NCBI RefSeq assembly: GCF_018977255.1
Contig: NW_024704743.1
Span: 87,112,001 to 87,176,000, forward strand
Source: Callorhinchus milii
Taxonomy: Eukaryota
Length of the DNA: 64,000 bases
Direction of reading: 5' to 3'
Position numbers and translations under genes: made by a program. Positions 26,034-39,345 of this stretch are shown here, in pieces; the first letter of the stretch is position 1, and each line of letters opens with the position of its first letter. The notes beneath the pieces were generated by a model. That model saw nothing but the letters and a program-made list of their open reading frames with translations, was not told the DNA's origin and searched no databases.

Positions 26034-29000
26034 CTGCCAAATATGGACAAAGTACATTATGAGACCGACTGCAGCAACAAGATAATGAAGCAGTTGGTAC
26101 ATTATATCAATTGTTAGCACACTAAAGTGAGAAATATTCACCTACCTCTTAAACCAGTGGCTGAAGTTAAATAAACGTTCCCATAATTGAGTAAGAACAG
26201 GATTAGCATGGTAATGGGTAAATGCCCTCAAACTACCCGAGAGGAGTATCAAATTTAATTCTATTCATGCAAACTCAACCAAACATACAAATGCTGAGGC
26301 CTAACAGATAAAAGTGTTTCCTAAAATCTATGTGGTAAACACACAGATTAAATGTTTCTTCAGGCCACTTCTCATTCAGCAGATCTACAAGTGACAAAGT
26401 CTTCACTGATGTGCAAACTTTTTTTTAATACCAAAACAAAATTGAATAAAAAAACCTATGAAATCGTCACCTTATGATGCTAATATCACAATGATAAAAT
26501 GGAGCCAACAGAGGCATCTATCCATACTAGATGCTCATAATAGATTAAGCATACACTGTGCAGAAAACTGCAATTGCAATACTGTGTCTAAACCTCAGTT
26601 TTGCCCACAAATACATAGTCAATCCACTTTACAGTATTATCTGTGAGACGTCTCAATGACATGATAAAGTGCTATATTCAATGCAAGAATAATTATTATT
26701 ATTGGCACATTGGTGTACTGCACCCACACGCAGCCGAGATCTGAGAATGAGGTGGTATACATTTAGAGGCCAACAACTTTGAGACATGCTACAGAGCAAG
26801 ACATTCACATCCTGAGGCCTGCACAGAGTGAGATGGCAAAATACTTTTTAAAAATAAATTCAAAAGTGGAAGAATGAAACCGAATCCAGTTCTCTTCCTC
26901 GGGAGCCTTTACCTACGACAATTAAATCACAGAGAGAATAAAACAAGACAGATGACGTTTGAGTTTTCTATTTAAAATGCAACTCAATTACACAAAAATT
27001 AAACAGCAGACCTTTGTGGAGCATATAACATATGAGTCATTCTGCAAAATCAAGTAGCAAGCAGACTAGTTGTCGGTCATGCAGTCCTGTTGAGCCAACT
27101 TGATAGAACGACTGTCATGGGATACACTACAATTTCTCCTCGATACACCTTAACTGGAAGTAGTGATTCACACTATAAATGGGATGGAAATATGAATTCT
27201 GCAGTTTAGCATTCTTGACTTTGTGCTAGCTTGATAATATAAAGCTATAATTTAAACAGCATTTCAAAATAAAACCCACTCCACACTTTACATTTTAAGT
27301 ATTGGCAGCTAAATAATCGCCTAGCGTGCCTGAAGGAGCAGTCCACCGGTATAAAGGTGACCAACATAAATTTCATCGTAAAACAGGTTACTCGGGAGTT
27401 TAATCGTCTGAACATTACAATGTTAGTGAGGTACCCATTATACGCCAGGATTTCACATTTGCCATCAGTACGTTTCAACATTAAATATAGCTCAATATAT
27501 TTTCCTCAAGTAGTTTCATGAAACTAATAAGACTTTTTCAGTGCAGTACAAAAAGAGGCCTGAGTGCATTTACACTCCAGATACACATTCTATTACACAT
27601 GATGAATTGTCATTTCCTTTTTTTTAACAATACATTTGGGAAGAAAGTAGAAGAAAAATATTTTTATAGCACCTTATTATAATGAAATGTCAAAGTTTTT
27701 TTTGACACTATATATTTATTTATAATTATAATATTTAGTACAACAGAAATCCAAAACAAACACAACACCCTCTGTTACAATTTTTCCCTTTTCTCCAGAT
27801 TCAAAACACATTCCGTTGTTTACGGTACATTCCTTCCCCGCACATAGGTCGTGCACACATTTTTTGGGACACTCCCTTTAACACAGTCAGGAGTCGCCCG
27901 TGTACACCACATCTACGTGCGCGCCTGCACCCACCCTGATAAGGCGCACTTGCCGCAATGTAAAGTGCTTCGCACAGAACAATTGCCTTCACCCCTCCAA
28001 ATCTCGTCTCCCTAACTTATTCCCTCACTGCTATATTCCCTCCTCTTATTTCATCTTAGAGGCATTGATGCTTTCTGATTCAACCAACAACACCGGATGG
28101 CGTTTGTATAGCACCTTTCACGTCATGAAGCCGTACCAAGGCGCTGGACAGTCAACGCCCTCCCCCCCCACCACCCGAGCTGAGGGATGGAATAAAGAGG
28201 GGTAGAGGGCAATACAGTACAGCAATAAAGTTGCTCTTCCAAGGTGGAGAATAGGTGCATCAGCTTTCATGTCAGGATGTCCCAAAGTGCTTCATTGGAT
28301 ATACTGTAAAATGGAGTGCCCGTGCCTTTTGTGGACAAATACAAATCATAAAAATGTAGAGCACTGGAGGCGGCCATTCAGCCCATCAAGGCAGCATACG
28401 TCCTCGAAGCAGGACATATATAATGTAGTTGGAGCTGTACACTGAGGCTAAGTTGTACTTGGGAAACTTGTCATGGACACGCAGTGCAAGAAATGGAAAC
28501 CTATTTATCCTACCTTCATCACAAAGATATCTTTTCTCTCAGAAATAAAAACTTGGGAGCAAACTTAGAGGAAGACTCCATTAAAGAGGCCCTACCATGA
28601 TGCCAACTCAGGTATTTGCAAGGATTAAATGCAAGGATTATTATTATTATTTCAATTAAATATACTCCCTTTTTTAAAATAGTTTCGAGATTTACATATT
28701 TTAAAATGTTAAATATTTTCAAAGGATAAAAAAGTTTTTTTTGTAAACTAAGTGCTAAAAGATGAGGGTATTATATGGGCTTCAACTGAGAGAGATTCTT
28801 TCATCTACAATGTTCCTTCTACAAAAACATACAAAAAGCTATTATTTCAGATTTCAAGAGCTTTTCTACTTTGGTGCAGAAATGGCACATCAGGCACCAA
28901 AGGGCACAATTCAATTATGGTTGCCTCACTGACCTAGAATTCATCAAAGATTTCTTTCCAATGGAAGTATAATCTTTCAACAAATATACACTTGGGCCAG

Positions 29001-30065
29001 AGATAAAATCCATCAGTTCTTGAAGGCATGACACTTCAGAAGAGGAATTCAATTAAATACTATGTACAGGAAATGCCTCAATCAAAGCCTTTTAGAAAAT
29101 AAATGAAAAGATGATTCTAATTCAACAATAAATTCCGAGGGCCATTTATATCTCCCTTCCCATGTGTACTTCAGTGAAACTGTTGCTCCTCAAGCTTTAT
29201 AGCTTCTGTTCTTGGCCTGAAGAGGAAGGGGACAGAGAAAGGACTGAGATTCAGCATTATGTCTACATTTGGACATAAGCTCACAATTTCAGGTGGCGAG
29301 TGTTATAACTGCACTATCAGATGCGCTGACCTTTGAATGAGACATTGGTCCATTCTGCCTGTTCAGGGGAATGTTAAAGATGGCACTGTCTGATGCCTGG
29401 TCAAATATCCTCCAGATATATTGGTCATTCATTTCTTAGCTGTTTGTGAAACGTTGCTGTATACAAAATAGTTGCTGTGCTTTCTTTTATCAATTGTGAC
29501 AGTAATTACTGTAAAGTACATCAAGATATTTAAATGTTTACGCACTATTAAAATGCAAGTTCTATTTGAAATTACTAACACCAAGAGCTCACTCTATGCA
29601 GAATCATGGCAATGGACCCAGAGAGCGACTCGTAACCAGAAGACTGATGGTTTCAATGCCACGCACAATCCCAGCTGTTACGTGTTGATCAGCTCCCAGA
29701 TAGACTGTGAAGTGTGCTCCCTTTAGGATAAAACATGCCATGGGAAGAAACAAAATCCTGTCATGAGCTGGCTTAATCAATGCTCCTTCATGAGCAAAGA
29801 TAGAGCAGCAATGAGGGGGCAACCTTGAAAGGAAAAAACAGACAAGAAAAAGGACCAAAATGAGGATTGAAAAATTATAAAATATTACTTAGTGCAAATG
29901 CTCTTAGAAAATGTATTCCATCCCACACTATGTTCAGGCTTCTATTTAAAATTAAACTGGTCTAGGTTTAGTTCAGATTGAAAAGTGTTGGTTTTTTTGA
30001 CAGAGGGGGTCTGGAGATTAGGACTGGTTTAAACAGTCTGAGTGTGGATGCAAAACGGATGTCAA

Positions 30066-30380
30066 TCTGGCTCAGTTGGTAGCACTTTCGTTTCCAAGTC
30101 AGAAGGTTGTAGGTTCAAGCCCCACATCAAGACCTTTGAACTGATAGTCTAAGCTGACACTCTAGTGCAGTGCTGAGGGAAGCCTTCTTCATCAGAAGTG
30201 TCGTCCTTTGGATGAGGTCTTGTCTGACTGTTCAGGTGACATTAAGGATTCCATGTTACTATTCAAAAGTAAGAGTTTCTCCCAGTGTGCTGCTCACTTC
30301 ATTGTAAATTCTGTGAAGTGATTTCAGACATTCCAACAATATGATAAGGGCGCTATAACAAATGCAATGATTATTATAAT
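30066..30380 (+). mobile_element. Deu-domain-type SINE (family B); other copies near 8663-8845, 10173-10540, 23875-24380, 54130-54375 (+) and 15720-15900, 51950-52205, 58960-59180 (-)
   Basis: ggctcagttggtagcact...ggttcaagccccac head; gctgacac..gtgcagtgctgagggа...ggatgag...caggtg..aagatcccatgg core resembling the DeuSINE domain; L2-like tail. Confidence 0.75.
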
Positions 30381-32835
30381 AAAACAGCCTTTGTGTAAGT
30401 CTGTGCACCACAGTTTGTTCAGTCACCCATCCAACAATTTGATCTTCAATGAAACAAAAAGGAAACAAAAATACTATTTACAATTGAATAAGATGAATGC
30501 AGAAACCAGTGGTGCAGGTCCATAACACAAGACTGACCATAAATTGGCTTTTAAAAGCTGAAAGGACATCTGGCTGATGTGGTAAGTGGAAATATAACAG
30601 TAGTACAAAAGAGGTTTCTCTTGTGAGGATGAAGGTTAAAGCATGTTTGTCAGAGCATAATACTGCACAGGGAGCTGTACTCCGCATTAGGAGTTCTACA
30701 TTTGATGAGAGTACTTGACGTGATAAAATGCCTTGTCTTGATGTGCACAAAAAGTCAACCGAGTGTAAACTGTCATTTATAACATCTTACCTAGTAGAAT
30801 GAAAAAAAAACTAATATCAATGTATCACAAATACTTTATGCAGCCCCAAAACATTATTTGTACCATTTCAAAAACAGGCATTTTTCAGTTTTATTTTCTG
30901 CCATTGCTCTTGTGAGGACTATACGTAATAGCATACAGTTATAGGTATTGCCACACCATGTCATAAGTACCATGTCAGAGGTGGTTGTTCTTCATTCCAT
31001 GGTAAAATGAATAATCATGCTTGTAATTTCAGAGCGCTGGGGTACCACAGAACCCAGTGATAAGCAGGAGACTCAAACAAAAACACCCTGGAGATGCACC
31101 AGCTCACATGTAACACATGATCATAATTCATTCAGGGGCAACCTCGAAAAGCTAAGAAACATCAAAATAATCCTATTTTGCAGAATTATTATAATTATCC
31201 TTTGCAATTCTCCTAGCATCTGTGACACTGAAATAGTTTCAAAGTGCTTCACAAAGTTTCTGTAAAGTATAGTGACTGTGTATTCTAGGCAAATGCAGGA
31301 GTCAATTTGTAGACAAGTAGCTATGAAGTGAATGACCAATTTTATCTGGGAGGGGGTTCCTGGCCAGGATGGCGGAAGAAACTCCCTTCTCTTTTCAAAT
31401 CGTGTCAAGGGATCTTCAACCATCACCTAAACAGTCTGACGAGCCTTTGGTTTTAATGTCTCAAGCAATAATTGTTTCAAAATAAATTTTCACTATTTTA
31501 AATTCATTTCCTCCAGTCCTACTTGTCTGATTTAATCTGAAGGAACTTTCAACAGGTACTCTATCATTACTATTTAGTTTAATGTTTTATATACCTAATT
31601 GAGATGCTTCCCCTACCCCCCTCCCTACCTTCCAGGTCATTTCTTTTTAAAGTATTGAGAACATCATGGTGTATGTTGTTGTTTACTGAAGCAAAACTGT
31701 GCTCCAGGCAGTTAGCGTTATCACTTCATGACTCATTGTGCTCAGTGAAACACAATGGCAGAACGTGGGTTTATTGTCTGCAGCTACATTGCAGCCTTTT
31801 ATATAATGTTTTACTACTAAGTGCAATGAACTATTTTCAAAGAATTAGCAATACTTCTAACAGCCTCGTGGTTTTTGGAAAGTTAAATATTTTTACAGTG
31901 AATGATAACTATGTCATGAGTCAAGGAACCAGGAGATGTTTTTTGAAGCAGAATCTTTGATGAACTGGAACAACCTTGCCAGAATACATCAACAACAACT
32001 TGCACTGATACAGTGCCTATCGCTTGAAAGAACATCTCAAAGTGCTTAAGCTATTAACTCAGCTTCAGTGATCCCATCATTTCAAGTCCTTGTATGAATT
32101 CATCTTCCTCACGTTCATGTTCAATAACTCATCCAAACTAAATCTTTTAGAGTAATAACTGTCATCCTTGCATTTGGTATACTGCCTGTCAGGTGAGGAA
32201 GGCGTCTCAAAGCAGTCCATAGGATATACTGTGAAGTGCAATGACTGTGTATTTTGTAGACGAATGCTGCAGCCAACTTGTGCACAGCAACGACCCACAA
32301 CAGCCAGTGTTACTAAAACTCAGCTTTTTTTTATTTCCTTGCCATCTCCTGAAAGCCCTAATGTATGCTTTGATATAATCCTAGATACCCTCTGGTCTCT
32401 CACCCAAGTGACCACTCTTCAGGGGTGAGTCTGGACAATGAACGTTAGCAGGCTGTACAACCGCAGGGGTGCATACACGCATCACACCAAAGCTAACTGG
32501 AACGTGATCGAGAAGGGAAATGAAATTCAACTTGTTGGAAAAAAAACATAACACATTGTGAATCTTTATCGAGAGTCAAGTCCATTTATGAAGGAACAAT
32601 GGTGGTGCCAAAGCAGCTGGCAGAATCTTACTCAATTACACACTGAAGATCACTATTGTTCTCTTTTTTTTGGTCAGCAGGGTGTCTGACACATGCAGAA
32701 ACCCATCACCATGCTTAAGAGTATCCAAACCAAACTGTGAATTCCATGCATCCTACCTGCACATGGAAATCCCAGAGACAGATTGTTGAATGGCAGACGG
32801 ATTATTGTTCTCCATAAGAGTAAAGGGCCACTTAC

Positions 32836-32912
32836 CTGTACTAATTGAGAGATGTCCTTTTGAATCAAGAGCCACACATCAGAAGACATGCCAGCAGGTG
32901 CATCACATACCA
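32836..32912 (-). CDS. exon 4 (VVCDAPAGMSSDVWLLIQKDISQLVQ)
   Basis: ttctgtctcgtcag| acceptor, CAG|gtaagt donor; 77 nt, phase 1 to 0. Confidence 0.95.
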
Positions 32913-33437
32913 CTGACGAGACAGAAGATCAAAAACACAGATTTTAGCCTCCATTTCATTCAACATTTCAATGTGTTTTTTTCAGGTACGATTCAAAAAG
33001 AGAAGGGAGTTTCTCCTGGTGTCTTGGCCAACAATCGCCAAATAAAAATTGGTCTTTCGCTTCATGGCTGTTTGTGGGACATTGCTGTGCACAAATTGGC
33101 TGCCATATTTGCCCACAAAATGCACAGTCGATGCACTTTCCAGTGTGTTTTGTGAAGCGATTTGGAACGTGTTCCTGACATGAAAGGCAATATATGAATT
33201 GTAAGGATTATTAATTATTATTACGTAAACCACCATCTTACTGGACTCCAGGTATCTGGAATTTGTACCTAGCCAGATCAGGCTAGTCGAGATTTTAGTA
33301 TATTGTTATTATGCTATACATTTAGATACCACGGTTCCTTCCATTTATTCCCCAATATTTCTACAGATTTCCAAACTTCATGTAGCACAAAAATAACACT
33401 AGAGCCAAGCTGTGAAAATCTGGATAGCCTTACTCAC

Positions 33438-33509
33438 CAACTGGCTGCCCCTTTCCTTGGCAATTCAAATACAAACTTTGTCCCAGGCCAATGTCGACCA
33501 GTTTGCCTT
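33438..33509 (-). CDS. exon 3 (EGKLVDIGLGQSLYLNCQGKGQPV)
   Basis: ttccttgttggcag| acceptor, TTG|gtgagt donor; 72 nt, phase 1 to 1; LxCxGxGxP segment typical of the start of Abhydrolase_1-type domains. Confidence 0.95.
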
Positions 33510-33949
33510 CTGCCAACAAGGAAAGATAACAATTGTAAATAATTTCAAGTCTGCAGAGTCTGACATAGATAGATCAATAAACGGATGTGAATAAATGCCA
33601 CACTTTGCAAACATCACCATTTCATAGCAAAATAATTGGCATAGCAATTTATTGTACTTAAAAACAATATGTCCATCATAGTGAAAGTAATCACTCCCTG
33701 TATCCATTATAAAACCTAGGAAATGCTACCAGGCAGGCTTCAGATCAATGAAGAGATGACACTTAAAATTACAGTGTGATGCCATTATAACATTGTATGT
33801 CTAGACTTCCAAAAAACCTTTGTTAAAGTAACACATGAAAGCCTTTCAAAATCTAATCCCCCTGGGGTTTAAGGACAAGACATGTACGTGGAGTAGTCAA
33901 TGGCTAAAGAAAAAGGAGAGGGGTGTTCAATGGATGCCTTGATATATAT

Positions 33950-34380
33950 TCAGGATGGTACCAGGAATGAGGGACTTCAGTTATCAGGAGAGGCTAGAGA
34001 AACTAGGATTATTCTCCTTGGAGCAGAGAAGGTTAAGAGGAGACCTAATAGAAGTTTTCAAAATTATTAGGGGATTTGATAGGGTGAACAAGGAGAAACT
34101 ATTTCCACTGGCGGGTGGGTCGGTAACCTGAGGACAACGATTTTAAAACAGCGAGTTGTTCAGATCTGAAATATATTGCCTGAAAGGGTGGTGGAAGCTG
34201 ATTCAATAACAACTTTTATGAGAGAAGTAGATAATTATTTGGGGAAGACAAGTTTACAGGGCTATGGGGAGAGTGCGGGGGAGTGGGATTGATTTGGATA
34301 TAGCTCTTTTCAAAGAGTCGGCACAGACACGATGGACTGAATGGCCTCCTTCTGTGCTGTATAATTCTATGATTCTATGA
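33950..34380 (+). mobile_element. CR1 LINE 3' end
   Basis: encodes RLEKLGLFSLEQRRLRGDLIEVFKI; ends gaatggcctccttctgtgctgtata(attctatg)2. Confidence 0.92.
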
Positions 34381-34826
34381 TATTCCTTGATTTGCATGAT
34401 CTTGGTTTGCAAGACAGTGAAATATGCCCAAATGCAGAATCCAATTAAATATTACTCACTTAGGTTAAGAAAATGTTTTTATGACACAACTCAAAAACAG
34501 AAGTTTTTCCCAGGGTGCAGGTTAGCAATCCCTCAATAAAATTGGTCATTGGTTTCACAGTTTGAGGGACATTGGCAAGTGCAAATTGACTGCTGCGTTC
34601 ACCTGCAAATACACAGTCACAACACTTGTGGTATATTTCGGTGCATATTTTGCGAAGTTTCAACAACATGATAAGATGCTATATCAAATACAAGTTTTAT
34701 TGTTATAAATACTTCAGTCCCAACATAATTAAGATGCCAGCCATCTTCATTTTAGTTTGCAATGCACCATTTAATGGACCTTTTTTATCAAGTGCAAAGG
34801 CAAATGTAAACATTGCTATATCTCAC

Positions 34827-35001
34827 CTTGAGGCTGAAGTAAGGTTCCTTCTCTCTGCAGAGATGCATAATTAAGGAATGGTGGAATCACAAAGACAAGA
34901 AGGAAGTACTTTGCAACCGAGAGGAATCGGGAACAGAAACTTGACTCGGGAACTGAGGCTGGTCTGACTTCTGAGGGAAGAACTTCATTCGCATTCTTTA
35001 T
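34827..35001 (-). CDS. exon 2 (IKNANEV...FLSVAKYFLLVFVIPPFLNYASLQREGTLLQPQ), contains the hydrophobic anchor
   Basis: tttttgatacag| acceptor, AAG|gtgaga donor; 175 nt, phase 0 to 1. Confidence 0.93.
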
Positions 35002-37333
35002 CTGTATCAAAAAACATTCAATAAACATCCATTATGGTTTGTAAATAGCAATGTATAGATCTCATTTTACATATGGGAACACAGAGCAATAAGTATTTGT
35101 CAGCTTTGAAATGCATCTCTGCTCAAATTAACCAGTTACAATTCGTCATTGATATGCAGCAAAATGTATTGATCGTAATCAAACAAAGCAGCAATGAAAG
35201 ATTACTCTGAGACCTCATTCTGGAGTTGACATCCTCCACAGGCATTCAAAAAGATACTTCTTCAAAAATCTCTGCTAGGTAAACAGAAGTGTGTGAAGTT
35301 TTCGCCCACAAAATACAGTTAATTCACTTTACAGTATCTTCGGTGAAGCTCTTTGAGACGTCTAGGAGACGTGATAAAGTGCTATACAACAACAACTTGC
35401 ACATATATAGCACCCTCCACACAGGGTAGCATCTCAGAGCACTTAACAGTAGCGGAGCCTGACTCCAAGCCAGGGGGAGCGGGGGAGGTGGCCGTAAGTA
35501 CGGTCGAAGAGGAAGGTTTTCAGGCTGGAGTTTTGAAAGATGAGAGAGGGGACAAGGCGGAGGGATTGAGGGAGAGTATTCCAGTTGAGCGGAGGTGCCC
35601 AGTGGTAGACTGGGGAGTGAGGAGGTCGGAGAGATAGGAAGGTGTCAGAGAGTGAATGGATTTGAACAGGAGTGTGAGGATCTTGAAGTCAAAATCAAAT
35701 GGTAGGATTATAAGTATTATTATTTTACGGACCCACCTCCCCAACTCGCCCCACCATGTTCGAAGATCAACTCAATTCCACTTCTCTTCATATCCCTGAA
35801 TACCCCTGTCTATCAAGCATATATCTATTTGATTTTCAAATTCTTCAACCAAATCGACCTGCATTGCCTTCTGGAGGAGTGAATTCCACATCCCCACCAT
35901 TCACTGCATAAAGAAATGCTTTCTCATTTCACTTCTAAATGATTTAGACTCAAGTCTCATCCCACCTCTTCATAGAAATTCTCGAGGTATTTATTGAAAT
36001 TGAATGAACACACTCTCTCTCTCGAGGGATACACATTGTAATTCCAGAGCGTTTTAGGTGGAGGTTGAAAGAGTTAAGGCTTGGGGACCTCAGAGTGTGC
36101 GTAGTGGTATTGCTGGAGTCTAATCAGCTAAAACCGCAAAGCTTACCAAAGCATCCACATAAACCTATAAACTCTTGTGCTGTAAACAATCTACGATTCC
36201 TATCATTCTAACAAAGTTCTGTCCAACTCTGATCAAATGTTTTTCTTCTTGTCCCATGGGAATTTACATTGGCATACTTGTGACTAAGGTTTATTTGCTT
36301 TACTGCTTTATTTGAAATTGCTCCTTCTCTGTATAAACACTTAGCAAATACATTTGTTTCATTACACTACGATTCATGTTGATCTCATATCTTCTCACTG
36401 AACCTGGTAAAACAGCAGCTGTGAACTGCAGTCAATTAAAAGACTTGGAACATAATTGGGACATGGAATATACAGTGTATTATTAAACAAAGGTCAGATA
36501 TTCTCCATACTTAGAGGAATAGTGCAGTTTAAAACATTTTCATAAGTGCCCTGGTTTCCTATGCAATTACAAGCCATCACAATGAAAATCAATTGCAGGA
36601 AACCTTTTTACAGTAGCAGTCACCATTCTCAAACATAAAATGCTGTAATAAAAAACTGAAGCACTGAAAAATGTCCAATGAGATAACAGCATAATGAGGT
36701 AAGTGCATTTGCTTTATTTATAGTGAAAGCCAATTATAGGAGGGTGTCAAAGACCCCGAAACATGCATGAAGATTTCGGCTGCACATAGGGGTATAACTG
36801 GGCGAAGTTTCAGAAACGTCCTTTTGCCAGGTCTGAAGCAGAAGCGAGGATCAAACAAAATGTCGGAGCTGTGCACTGGCACAGTTAGCAGAGTAAGTGC
36901 TGGAGAGATTTAATGGAAGCAGAGCGAAAGGCAAGAAGGCACTGGCAAAAGATGATGGGAAGGTTTCAGTTTTGTTGACCTTCAGCTGAAGAAAGTTAAG
37001 GCTTTCAGCGAGGACATGATGCCGGACTGACAGTTGGTCAGAAGTGCAATGACCCTGGAATCAAAAGTGGCGGCTATTCATTGTGGAAACGAACCTCATG
37101 CCCACGGATGAGGTCACTGTCATTTGTAGATACCGGGTCAGTTTCTTGACATTTATTTGTGTAAGTCAAGTCTACATTACACATATCATCATGTAAGCAT
37201 ATGTACATAACTTTGCAATAAATATTAAAGCACCTGTGCTGGAATTTCTTTTGATGTAGGTGTAAGTGTATACATGGCTGTATTTAGATACACATGTCTA
37301 TAGATATGCATCAATGTATTTATGCCCATAATA

Positions 37334-39345
37334 CCAGCCCCTCCCCAGCACAGCCCCTCCCCCACCCCAGCACAGCCCACCCCCAGCCCCACCCCACCCA
37401 GCCCAGCCCCACCCCCACCAGCCCCCCCCACCCCCACCCCAGCCCAGCCCCTCCCCCAGCCAGCCCCTCCCCCACCCCACCCCACCCCACAGCTCCACCC
37501 CCACCCCAGCCCAGCCCACCCCCACACAGCCCCTCCCCACCCCACACAGCCCAGCCCCTCCCCAGCACAGCCCCTCCCCCACCCCAGCACAGCCCCTCCC
37601 CCACCCCCCAGCCCACCCCACCCCAGCCCCACCCCCACCCCAGCCCCACCCCCACCCAGCACAGCCCACCCCCGCACAGCCCCACCCCCACCCCACCCCA
37701 CCCCCACCCCACCCCCCCAGCCCCACCCACCCCAGCCCCAGCCCCACCCCACCCCAGCCCCACCCCCACCCACCCCAGCCCCACCCCCACCCCAGCCCAC
37801 CCCCACCCCAGCCCACCCCCACCCAGCCCCACCCCACCCCAGCCCCACCCCACCAGCCCCACCCCCACCCAGCCCCACCCCACCCCCACCCCACCCAGCC
37901 CCACCCCCACCCCACCCCAGCCCCACCCCACCCCAGCCCCACCCACCCACCCCAGCCCCCCCCACCACCCACCCCAGCACAGCCCACCCAGCACAGCCCC
38001 CCCCACCCCAGCACAGCCCCACCCCCACCCCAGCACAGCCCCAGCCCTCACCAGCCCACCCCCACCCCAGCACAGCCCCACCCCAGCCCAGCCCCCCCCA
38101 GCCCAGCCCCACCCCAGCACAGCCCCACCCCACCCCCAGCACAGCCCCCCCCCACCCCAGCACAGCCCCACCCCCACCCCAGCACACCCCACCCACCCAG
38201 CCCCACCCCCCAGCCCCACCCCACCCAGCCCAGCCCCACCCCCACCCCAGCCCAGCCCAGCCCCACCCCCACCCCAGCACAGCCCCACCCACCACCCAGC
38301 CCAGCCCCACCCCCACCCAGCACAGCCCCACCCCCAGCCCAGCACAGCCCCACCCCCACCCAGCCCCACCCCCACCCCAGCCCCACCCCCACCCAGCCCA
38401 CCCCACCCAGCCCCAGCCCCCCCCAGCCAGCCCCACCCCACCCAGCCCCACCCCCACCCCAGCCCCAGCCCCACCCCAGCCCCAGCCCCACCCCAGCCCC
38501 CCCCCCCCCCAGCCCCGCCCCACCCCCAGCCCCGCCCCACCCCCAGCCCCGCCCCACCCCCAGCCAGCCCCACCCCCAGCCCAGCCCCACCCCCAGCCAG
38601 CCCCACCCCACCCCAGCACAGCCCACCCCCACCCAGCACAGCCCCACCCCACACAGCCCCACCCCAGCACAGCCCCACCCAGCACAGCCCCATCCCCACA
38701 CAGCCCACCCCACACCCCACCCCCCACAGCACCACCCCACCCCAGCACAGCCCCACCCCACCCCAGCACAGCCCACCCAGCACAGCCCCACCCCCACCCC
38801 AGCCCACCCCACCCCAGCCCCCCCCACCCCAGCCCAGCCCCACCCCCACCCCAGCACAGCCCACCCCACCCCAGCACAGCCCACCCAGCCCAGCACAGCC
38901 CCACCCCCACCCAGCCCCACCCCACCCCAGCCCAGCCCCACCCCACCCCCACCCCAGCCCCAGCCCCACCCCAGCCAGCCCACCCCCACCCCAGCCCCAC
39001 CCCCAGCCCAGCCCCACCCCACCCAGCACAGCCCCACCCCACCCCAGCACAGCCCACCCCCACACAGCCCACCCCAGCACAGCCCATCCCCACACAGCCC
39101 CACCCCCACACAGCCCCACCCCCACACAGCCCCACCCCCACCCAGCCCAGCCCACCCCCACCCAGCACAGCCCCACCCCCACCCCAGCACAGCCCCACCC
39201 CAGCCAGCACAGCCCCACCCCCACCCCAGCACAGCCCCACCCCAGCCCCACCCCAGCACAGCCCCACCCTCAGCACAGCCCACCCCCACCCCAGCACAGC
39301 CCCACCCCACCCCAGCACAGCCCCAGCCCTGCACAGCTCAGCCCG
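37334..39345. repeat. 2 kb C-rich (+)/G-rich (-) degenerate satellite of CCCCA, CCCAG and CACAG units, intron 1
   Basis: directly visible; almost no T on the + strand. Confidence 0.97.
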
